45,139 bases of DNA from a virus (Duplodnaviria > Heunggongvirae > Uroviricota > Caudoviricetes), in IMG/VR virus record IMGVR_UViG_2713897161_000005. One strand, written 5' to 3'. The notes beneath the pieces were generated by a model that saw only the letters and a list, made by a program, of their open reading frames with translations, did no database searches and had not been told where the DNA came from. Made by a program: the position numbers and the translations under genes. This document shows positions 39,079-45,139 of the stretch, piece after piece; within the stretch, counting starts at the first letter, position 1; every line of letters starts with the position of its first letter.

Positions 39079-39096
39079 GCGCATCAACTTATGCGC
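39079..39096 (-). terminator. Hairpin between nutR and cII (tR1 position)
   Basis: 6-bp stem GCGCAU/AUGCGC with 6-nt loop, followed by moderately U-rich sequence; position analogous to lambda tR1. Confidence 0.3.
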
Positions 39097-39103
39097 GTTG
39101 TAT

Positions 39104-39146
39104 TCCCGCATTTCGGCGGGAATGAGGACCATGACTGTTAAAGAGC
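39104..39146 (-). promoter_or_regulatory. nutR (boxA GCTCTTTAACA + boxB hairpin)
   Basis: Minus strand: boxA at 39136-39146, 7 nt after the cro stop; boxB UCCCGC-CGAAAU-GCGGGA at 39104-39121. Both elements identical to those in the PL leader. Confidence 0.65.
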
Positions 39147-39153
39147 AATTTGC

Positions 39154-39339
39154 TTATGCCGCTTTGCGGTAAGCGCTTTCTTGATACTTCAGGGCGCCAG
39201 CTGTAACGACTTCCAGTCGATAGGCGTCTTTCTCTGGGATGACTTCCTTCCACTGAGAGACTGCTGCGTCGCTAATGCCTAACGCTTTAGCTACAGCACG
39301 CTGGGTTCCGAAGTGGTCGATAACATCTTTCTTGTACAT
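39154..39339 (-). CDS. cro: Cro-like repressor (HTH)
   Basis: 61 aa; HTH-like GTQRAVAKALGISDAAVSQW; divergent from cI. Confidence 0.7.
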   Translation of the reverse strand: MYKKDVIDHFGTQRAVAKALGISDAAVSQWKEVIPEKDAYRLEVVTAGALKYQESAYRKAA

Positions 39340-39363
39340 AGACTCGCTCCGAAATTAAAGAAC

Positions 39364-39419
39364 ACTTAAATTATCCACTAAAGGAATCTTAAGTCAAGTT
39401 TATTTAAGATGTCTTAACT
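39364..39419. promoter_or_regulatory. OR/PR/PRM region between cro and cI
   Basis: TTAA-centred operator-like motifs (ACTTAAAT 39364-71, TCTTAAGT 39387-94, ATTTAAGA 39402-09, TCTTAACT 39412-19); PR candidate on minus strand TTGACT (39392-97), 16 bp, GATAAT (39370-75). Confidence 0.5.
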
Positions 39420-40070
39420 ATGAAAACTCAATTGATGGGAGAGCGCATTCGCGCTCGGAGAAAAGAACTCAAGATCAGACAGGCCGCACTTGGAAAGATG
39501 GTCGGCGTGTCTAATGTTGCCATATCTCAGTGGGAACGCTCTGAGACAGAGCCAAATGGAGAGAATCTTCTCGCCCTGGCTAATGCGTTGAAGTGTTCCC
39601 CTGACTATCTGATGAAAGGAGAGGAAAGTCTTTCAAACATTGCCTATCACAGTAGGCATGATCCAAGAGGGTCATACCCTCTGATTAGCTGGGTGAGCGC
39701 AGGATGCTGGATGGAAGCTGTAGAACCATATCATAAGCGTGCAATAGATAACTGGTACGATACAACCGTAGACTGTTCAGAAGATTCGTTTTGGTTGGAC
39801 GTGAAGGGAGACTCAATGACGGCTCCGGCCGGTCTCAGTATCCCTGAAGGAATGATAATACTCGTAGATCCTGAAGTAGAGCCGCGTAACGGGAAACTGG
39901 TAGTTGCAAAGCTCGAAGGAGAAAACGAGGCAACTTTCAAGAAGTTAGTTATTGATGCAGGCAGGAAGTTTCTAAAACCACTTAACCCACAATATCCGAT
40001 GATCGAGATCAACGGAAACTGCAAAATCATCGGCGTAGTTGTCGATGCAAAACTAGCAAACCTTCCATAA
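39420..40070 (+). CDS. cI: CI-type prophage repressor (HTH + S24 LexA-like peptidase domain)
   Basis: 216 aa; N-terminal HTH (IRQAALGKMVGVSNVAISQWER); C-terminal ...GDSMTAP... serine-peptidase-like region; divergent from cro. Confidence 0.8.
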   Translation: MKTQLMGERIRARRKELKIRQAALGKMVGVSNVAISQWERSETEPNGENLLALANALKCSPDYLMKGEESLSNIAYHSRHDPRGSYPLISWVSAGCWMEAVEPYHKRAIDNWYDTTVDCSEDSFWLDVKGDSMTAPAGLSIPEGMIILVDPEVEPRNGKLVVAKLEGENEATFKKLVIDAGRKFLKPLNPQYPMIEINGNCKIIGVVVDAKLANLP

Positions 40071-40093
40071 GGGGGCATTCGCCCCTTTTTTTT
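40071..40093 (+). terminator. Intrinsic terminator immediately after cI
   Basis: GGGGGC-AUUC-GCCCC hairpin followed by T8. Confidence 0.6.
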
Positions 40094-40117
40094 ATTTCCC
40101 TTAAAAATCAAAGCCAA

Positions 40118-40194
40118 ACTTAAGTTACGAAAGAAAATTTAAGTTTTCTTCAAAAATACTCTTGACCATTAATTAAAGAGATCTTAAATTTAAG
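40118..40194 (+). promoter_or_regulatory. OL/PL region
   Basis: Operator-like palindromes ACTTAAGT (40118-25), ATTTAAGT (40137-44), CTTAAATTTAAG (40183-94); PL candidate TTGACC (40162-67), 17 bp, TAAATT (40185-90). Confidence 0.5.
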
Positions 40195-40236
40195 CCATCA
40201 GCAGGACGCTGGTAGCCAAACGGAACAGATTGGCAG

Positions 40237-40277
40237 GCTCTTTAACATTGATGGGATTGTCCCGCCGAAATGCGGGA
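40237..40277 (+). promoter_or_regulatory. nutL (boxA GCTCTTTAACA + boxB hairpin)
   Basis: boxA at 40237-40247, 12-nt spacer, boxB UCCCGCCGAAAUGCGGGA at 40260-40277; identical to the nutR copies. Confidence 0.65.
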
Positions 40278-40635
40278 ACTGAGTTTAACCAAACAGGAGG
40301 TGCCGTAATGGTGCACTAACGCGGTTAGACCGCAGCCGAAAGGCAATGCAGCAGTAATGATGCTGCCCCGAGTCGCGTAATGGCGAGCAGGTTTAGCAGA
40401 CCGATGTGAGGGTAAATAAGGGAACATGCTCCGGAAAGGCAGCGCGAATGCCAGACGCGCACCGGTTATCAGCGGCTAATAAGCGACAGAGGCTCAAGGG
40501 CATGAGCGCGCTCACTGCGAGAGTGTGAGTCAAAGAGTAGTTGGCTTTGGGGTAACGTGAAGTGCAGCTGCACGACGGCAACCGGAAGATAAGCACCCGG
40601 CGCGTCACCGCCAAAGTCAATCATCGGAGGTCAAC

Positions 40636-40935
40636 ATGACAGTAGTCATTACATATCTGGCTGACGATAACGCCAGAAATCGCCGCAGAGCACGCAGACA
40701 GGCTCAACGTGAACAGGCAATGCAAGAGCAGCGACTGGCGCGAAAAATTGCGCTAAAGCTCTCTGGTTGCGTCAGAGCAGATAAAGCAGCATCACTCGGA
40801 AGCCTTCGCTGCAAGAAGGCAGAAGAAGTCGAGCGTAAACAGAACCGTATTTACTACCGCAAGCCACGCAGTGAAATGGGTGTGACTTGTGTTGGTCGCC
40901 AGAAAATGAAATTAGGCAGCAAACCACTTATTTGA
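40636..40935 (+). CDS. N: Antiterminator N
   Basis: 99 aa; arginine-rich motif NARNRRRARRQAQ near the N-terminus; C-terminus ...YYRKPRSEMGVTCVGRQKMKLGSKPLI parallels lambda N; GGAGG RBS. Confidence 0.75.
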   Translation: MTVVITYLADDNARNRRRARRQAQREQAMQEQRLARKIALKLSGCVRADKAASLGSLRCKKAEEVERKQNRIYYRKPRSEMGVTCVGRQKMKLGSKPLI

Positions 40936-40943
40936 GGTGAGAT

Positions 40944-41414
40944 ATGACAAAATCATGGAGCGTACCTTTTCCTGAATCAGAAACTGAACATGATGGAATG
41001 CCTGTTTTCTGGAGATTCCAGGCGACAGTTGAAGAAGATGGGATAAAAATATTCGCACTTCAATATATAGCTTTTCATCAGACAGAGCATTATGCATGGT
41101 TGGTTCCTGCGCATTGGATTATTGATTATAAACCAGCACCAAATCAGTGGTTACGGGAATGGAAACAAAGGAGAAATAGATATGCAATTAAGAAAGTAGC
41201 AAAAAATGCAGAAAGATCTTTTGCATTCCCAACAAAGAAACTTGCCATTGAGAGTTTATTGCGCCGGAAGAAATACCATTTAATGAGAATCAAACAAGAT
41301 TTGGCTGTTGTATCAACTCTTGTCGATGGGATGAAGAATATTGATACATCAACACCAGATATTGAATATAACTTTGGACACAACCAAGAAACAGAAAATT
41401 GGGTATTCTACTAG
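40944..41414 (+). CDS. Hypothetical accessory protein (156 aa), AT-rich, immediately after N
   Basis: GAGGTGAG RBS; followed directly by an intrinsic terminator; no recognisable motif. Confidence 0.45.
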   Translation: MTKSWSVPFPESETEHDGMPVFWRFQATVEEDGIKIFALQYIAFHQTEHYAWLVPAHWIIDYKPAPNQWLREWKQRRNRYAIKKVAKNAERSFAFPTKKLAIESLLRRKKYHLMRIKQDLAVVSTLVDGMKNIDTSTPDIEYNFGHNQETENWVFY

Positions 41415-41438
41415 GCCGCATAGTCGGCCTTTATTTTT
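41413..41438 (+). terminator. Intrinsic terminator (tL1 position) after the 156-aa ORF
   Basis: AGGCCG-CAUAGU-CGGCCU hairpin followed by UUAUUUUU. Confidence 0.55.
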
Positions 41439-41460
41439 GGCATAAACAACAGAGGTGAAT

Positions 41461-41595
41461 ATGAACGCAGTTGAATTTACAAAATGGATGGCAGAGCAAG
41501 ATATCACAGGAGCCGACGAAAAGGCTGTGTACTACATGGCTCTGCTATGGATTCACAAAGCAAAAGAGGCTGCAAATGCTCTTGGAGGTGAGTGA
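41461..41595 (+). CDS. Small hypothetical protein (44 aa)
   Basis: Uncalled ORF with AGAGGTGA RBS; stop overlaps the next start (TGATG). Confidence 0.35.
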   Translation: MNAVEFTKWMAEQDITGADEKAVYYMALLWIHKAKEAANALGGE

Positions 41596-41804
41596 TGTGC
41601 GAGTTTTATGAAGCAGATATCAAACGCCCAGAAATGGCAAGTGATGCGACATTACGTGATTACTTCGCTGCTAAGGCTATGGCAGCAATAGTGCGCAGAT
41701 GGGACGGACATTCCTTTGGCGGTGGACAGAATTCACCACAGTACAAAGAATTAGCAGATGATGCCTACTTTATTGCTGATGCCATGCTCAAAGCTCGCGA
41801 ATAA
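41595..41804 (+). CDS. Hypothetical protein (69 aa)
   Basis: ATG at 41595 (track lists a GTG at 41592); coupled to the upstream small ORF. Confidence 0.4.
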   Translation: MCEFYEADIKRPEMASDATLRDYFAAKAMAAIVRRWDGHSFGGGQNSPQYKELADDAYFIADAMLKARE

Positions 41805-41938
41805 GCACTGTGTATTCATTCCAACGAGTGAATACACGGAGCAATGTCGCTCGTAACTAAACAGGAGTCGACTTGTTCTGATTATTGGAAATCTTCTTTG
41901 CCCTCCAGTGTGAGGGCAATTTTTTTGATGGAGGATAT

Positions 41939-42907
41939 ATGAGTGAAGTAACAGATTTAGTTGTTATTGAAAAAGCAAATGCAATGACTGTATTTCAGTC
42001 TGCCGACCAGATTGAAGAAATTCTCCAAAAGGTTGAACGTGAAGTTATGTCCTTTGTGCCTGATATCACAACGGCAAAGGGCAGAAAGGAGATTGCTTCT
42101 CTGGCGTATAAAGTTGCGCAGACGAAAACATATCTCGATGGTCTTGGCAAAGACCTTGTTGCTGAACTGAAGGAAATTCCAAAGCTAATTGATGCCAACC
42201 GCAAGACAGTGCGCGATCGCCTTGATGAACTGAAAGCCAAGGCTCGCCAGCCTCTTACTGATTATGAGGAGGAACAGGCGCGGATTAAAGCCGAAGAAGA
42301 AGCTAAGGCAGCAGCTGAAGCTCTCGCAAAGCAAATTGAGTCTGATCATGAAATAGCTATTTTGATGGATCGCGAATTTGACCGCCAAAGAGAAGAGGCA
42401 AGACTCAAAGCGGAGCAGGAAAAGCGAGAGCATGAAGAACGCTTAAAAAGAGAAGCTGAAGAGAAAGCCAGAGCAGAAGCCGAAGCAAAGGCAAAAGCCG
42501 AAATTGAATCAGCAGCAAGGCGAGAAGCAGAAGCTAAGGCCGCAGCGGAACGTGCAGAGCGTGAACGCATTGAAGCCGAGCAACGAGCACAGCGCGAAGC
42601 AAAAGAGGCAGCAGAACGAGCTGAAAGAGAAAAGCAGGCGGCAATTGAAGCAGAACGCCGAAAAGCACAGGAGGAGGCTGAACGAATCCGGCGCGAGGCT
42701 GAAGCAAAAGAGCAAGCCAGAATAGCAGAAGAAAAAAGAATCAAGGAAGAAGAAGAGCGTAGAGCAAAGGATAAAGCTCACCGGAAAGAAGTAAATAACA
42801 AAATACTTGCTGACCTTATCAAGGTTGGCGCATCAGAAGATGTTGCTAAAAATATCATAACAGCCATCGTAAAAGGCGAAGTATTCGCAACAAAAATAAC
42901 CTACTAA
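41939..42907 (+). CDS. Coiled-coil protein with charged E/A/K/R-rich repeat core (322 aa)
   Basis: Start at ATG 41939 with GGAGGA upstream (track start is TTG at 41885); central ~150 aa of AEAEAKAKAE/ERAEREK-type repeats. Confidence 0.5.
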   Translation: MSEVTDLVVIEKANAMTVFQSADQIEEILQKVEREVMSFVPDITTAKGRKEIASLAYKVAQTKTYLDGLGKDLVAELKEIPKLIDANRKTVRDRLDELKAKARQPLTDYEEEQARIKAEEEAKAAAEALAKQIESDHEIAILMDREFDRQREEARLKAEQEKREHEERLKREAEEKARAEAEAKAKAEIESAARREAEAKAAAERAERERIEAEQRAQREAKEAAERAEREKQAAIEAERRKAQEEAERIRREAEAKEQARIAEEKRIKEEEERRAKDKAHRKEVNNKILADLIKVGASEDVAKNIITAIVKGEVFATKITY

Positions 42908-42931
42908 TAAAACCAACATAAGGAACCACCC

Positions 42932-43063
42932 ATGATTTACGCAATCGCGGGAGGCGCTCGCATGGGTGCCTTCCAATTAAATGAATCTTTACTTGAACGA
43001 ATCACCCGTAAATTACGTGACGGATGGAAAAGAGTTGAGGTCTTATTATGCGCAATGAAATAG
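42932..43063 (+). CDS. cIII: CIII-like protease inhibitor (43 aa)
   Basis: Uncalled ORF: MIYAIAGGARMGAFQLNESLLERITRKLRDGWKR...; core ESLLERITRKLRDGWKR matches lambda CIII from memory; AAGGAA RBS. Confidence 0.6.
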   Translation: MIYAIAGGARMGAFQLNESLLERITRKLRDGWKRVEVLLCAMK

Positions 43064-43200
43064 CCATCAATCACCAGATGCTTCGTGCTGCACAGAACAA
43101 AGCAGTAATAGCCAGATTTATTGGTGATTCCAAAATGTGGCTTGAAGCAAATAAAGCGATGAAATCAGCTATCAACCTTCCGTGGTATCGCAGGAAATGA
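43048..43200 (+). CDS. Kil-like small protein (50 aa)
   Basis: Uncalled ORF overlapping the cIII 3' end; ...IARFIGDSKMWLEANKAM... resembles lambda Kil (...ATFIGDEKMFREA...) from memory. Confidence 0.4.
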   Translation: MRNEIAINHQMLRAAQNKAVIARFIGDSKMWLEANKAMKSAINLPWYRRK

Positions 43201-43355
43201 GTTTTACAGATAACTGGTCAGACGAAGAATTCATTCGTCAGATGAAAGATTTAATCGGTAACGAAGGAGATATTCATGTCACTTGCAACCACAGTGAAGG
43301 AGAGCAAGTTACAGAGGCGCATGTACACGCAGAAAGCTCTCTGGTTTCGCCATAA
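43197..43355 (+). CDS. Small hypothetical protein (52 aa)
   Basis: Uncalled ORF whose start overlaps the upstream stop (ATGA). Confidence 0.3.
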   Translation: MSFTDNWSDEEFIRQMKDLIGNEGDIHVTCNHSEGEQVTEAHVHAESSLVSP

Positions 43356-43454
43356 TGGTGACCGCGAAGGAATGCGGGTATGCCTTAATTTGTCCCGAGT
43401 CGAAGTATTAAATCAGCGTTATTTCCTTGGGCCGTGTCCATTCTGAGGTGAATT

Positions 43455-44162
43455 ATGGATTTGAACAAATTCGATGAGCCATTCAGCCCTGAAGATATCG
43501 AATGGCGAATACAGCAAAGCGGTAAAACACGCGATGGCAAAGTGTGGGCTATGGTGCTGGCTTATGTCACGAACCGGGCAATCATGAAACGCCTGGACGA
43601 TGTTTGCGGCAAAGCAGGATGGCGCAATGAATACCGCGATATTCCCAACAACGGCGGAGTTGAATGCGGCATATCAATCAAGATTGATTCCGAATGGGTA
43701 ACCAAATGGGATGCCGCTGAAAACACGCAGGTAGAAGCAGTAAAAGGTGGTCGTTCCGGTGCAATGAAGCGTGCTGCCGTTCAATGGGGAATAGGTCGGT
43801 ATCTGTATAACCTTGAGGAAGGTTTCGCACAAACATCTCTCGACAAAAAGCAGGGATGGCACAGGGCAAAACTCAAGGATGGAACAGGATTTTACTGGCT
43901 CCCTCCATCGCTGCCAGGCTGGGCAATCCCAGCATCAGATAACAAACCATCACCAGAAAATACCAACCAGAAATCTCCATCGGTTGACTGCGAACAAATC
44001 CTGAAAGACTTCAGCGATTATGCAGCGACAGAAACTGACAAGAAAAAACTCATCGAGCGTTATCAGCATGACTGGCAATTAATGGCTGGAAACGAGGAGG
44101 CGCAGGCTAAATGCGTTCAGGTAATGAACATCAGAGTTAACGAGCTAAAACAGGCGGCATAA
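43455..44162 (+). CDS. Single-strand annealing protein (Rad52/Sak-like, putative)
   Basis: 235 aa immediately upstream of ssb, occupying the bet/erf position; N-terminal region pattern resembles Rad52-type phage recombinases (from memory). Confidence 0.5.
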   Translation: MDLNKFDEPFSPEDIEWRIQQSGKTRDGKVWAMVLAYVTNRAIMKRLDDVCGKAGWRNEYRDIPNNGGVECGISIKIDSEWVTKWDAAENTQVEAVKGGRSGAMKRAAVQWGIGRYLYNLEEGFAQTSLDKKQGWHRAKLKDGTGFYWLPPSLPGWAIPASDNKPSPENTNQKSPSVDCEQILKDFSDYAATETDKKKLIERYQHDWQLMAGNEEAQAKCVQVMNIRVNELKQAA

Positions 44163-44678
44163 ATGGCAAGCAGAGGCGTAAATAAGGTGATCATTATTGG
44201 TCGCCTTGGGCATGATCCAGAAATCAGATATTCACCATCAGGAACGGCATTTGCAAACCTTACAGTTGCTACGTCAGAACAATGGCGTGATAAGCAAACT
44301 GGAGAGCAAAAGGAGCAGACGGAGTGGCACCGCGTGGTAATGAGCGGGAAACTGGCAGAAATTGCCAGCGAATATCTGCGAAAAGGCTCTGAGGTTTATC
44401 TTGAAGGAAAATTGCGGACAAGAAAATGGCAGGATCAAAGCGGACAGGATCGGTTCACTACCGAAGTCATCGTGGGCGTTGGTGGAACCATGCAAATGCT
44501 TGGTGGCAAGCAAGGAGGCAATGAACAGTCTTCACCTCAGCGAAATAATGGTCAGCAACAAAGACAGCAACCTCAGCAGCAGGGAAATCACAGCGAACCA
44601 CCTATGGATTTTGACGACGATATCCCCTTTGCACCAGTAACTCTCCCCTTCCCTCGTCACGCTATTCACGCAATTTAA
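44163..44678 (+). CDS. ssb: Single-stranded DNA-binding protein
   Basis: 171 aa; OB-fold N-terminus, Gly/Gln-rich linker, acidic C-terminal tail ...DDDIPF. Confidence 0.85.
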   Translation: MASRGVNKVIIIGRLGHDPEIRYSPSGTAFANLTVATSEQWRDKQTGEQKEQTEWHRVVMSGKLAEIASEYLRKGSEVYLEGKLRTRKWQDQSGQDRFTTEVIVGVGGTMQMLGGKQGGNEQSSPQRNNGQQQRQQPQQQGNHSEPPMDFDDDIPFAPVTLPFPRHAIHAI

Positions 44679-44691
44679 TCAGGAGAAAATC

Positions 44692-44988
44692 ATGCCAGCG
44701 CCTCAGTATGGTGCAGATGACCCGCGCCGCTGTTCCGGCAATTCCGTATCGGAGGTGCTGGATAAATTCAGAAAAAACTACGATCGGATAATGTCGCTAC
44801 CGCAGGAAACGAAAGAGGAAAAGGAATTTCGCCATTGTATATGGCTTGCAGAGAAAGAAGAACGCGAGCGAATTTACCAGACATCAATCCGACCATTCCG
44901 CAAAGCCACATATACCCACTTCCCTGAATATATCGACCCGCGCCTGCGTAATTACCGCTCACGCTATGGCGCTATCAGTAATGACTGA
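44692..44988 (+). CDS. Hypothetical protein (98 aa)
   Basis: ORF downstream of ssb. Confidence 0.4.
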   Translation: MPAPQYGADDPRRCSGNSVSEVLDKFRKNYDRIMSLPQETKEEKEFRHCIWLAEKEERERIYQTSIRPFRKATYTHFPEYIDPRLRNYRSRYGAISND

Positions 44989-44999
44989 GGAATTTACCA

Positions 45000-45139
45000 T
45001 GAGAGGACTTGCATACAATCCCGGCATTCTTCCGGCAGAAATGATTATTCGCCAACGCGTAAAGCCAATGCCATCGAGAGATGAATTGCTTAAGAGAAAT
45101 TCTTTTCCATCAGTGAATCAAAACAAATATCTGAATGCG
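45000..45139 (+). CDS. Hypothetical protein, 5' fragment (continues past window end)
   Basis: ATG at 45000, open to the end of the window. Confidence 0.3.

Noticed and set aside
38767-39132. Long 121-aa version of the cII ORF
   Set aside because: The upstream extension would include the nutR boxB hairpin and tR1-like hairpin; the ATG at 39045 with an AAGGAAA RBS gives a lambda-length CII.
40242-40620. Minus-strand ORFs 40242-40427 and 40393-40620 in the PL leader
   Set aside because: Antisense to the nutL/N leader, GC-rich structured region, no RBS; judged noise.
42346-42781. Antisense ORFs within the coiled-coil gene (42346-42744, 42509-42781) and plus-strand ORFs within the scaffold gene (22552-22737, 22796-23068)
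   Set aside because: Produced by the low-complexity repeat composition of the sense genes.
1-45139. CRISPR arrays, rRNA genes, IS elements or transposases
   Set aside because: No regularly spaced direct repeats with unique spacers, no rRNA-like sequence and no transposase-like ORF were seen.

Overview
This window is an enterobacterial (E. coli/Shigella-type) chromosome at the yfdC-argW locus, followed by about 44 kb of an integrated, mosaic lambdoid prophage with a contractile-tail (Mu-like) structural module. Order: yfdC (+), tRNA-Arg(CCU) argW (+), P4-type integrase (+); then on the minus strand tail fiber and baseplate genes, an embedded ~4 kb accessory island (P22 immI-like mnt/arc/antirepressor genes with a candidate sar-like antisense RNA, plus a lipoprotein), tape measure, a frameshift-coupled tail chaperone pair, tube, sheath, a plus-strand HNH endonuclease, head genes, portal, terminase, a lysis cassette (holin, SAR endolysin, Rz/Rz1), a lambda-type Q, a nin region (ninH, rusA, DUF1364, ninF, ninE, Dam methylase fragment, ninB), primase-helicase, O with ori iterons, cII, nutR and cro; then divergent cI and the plus-strand PL operon (nutL, N, accessory ORFs, cIII, kil-like, Rad52-like annealing protein, ssb). 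Three N-runs (2859-3606, 28679-29560, 34081-34720) interrupt genes and cannot be interpreted. No CRISPR array, rRNA or transposase was seen. All calls come from reading the supplied ORF translations and sequence motifs by eye; no database search, alignment or folding was run, and comparisons to lambda, P22 and K-12 proteins are from memory.
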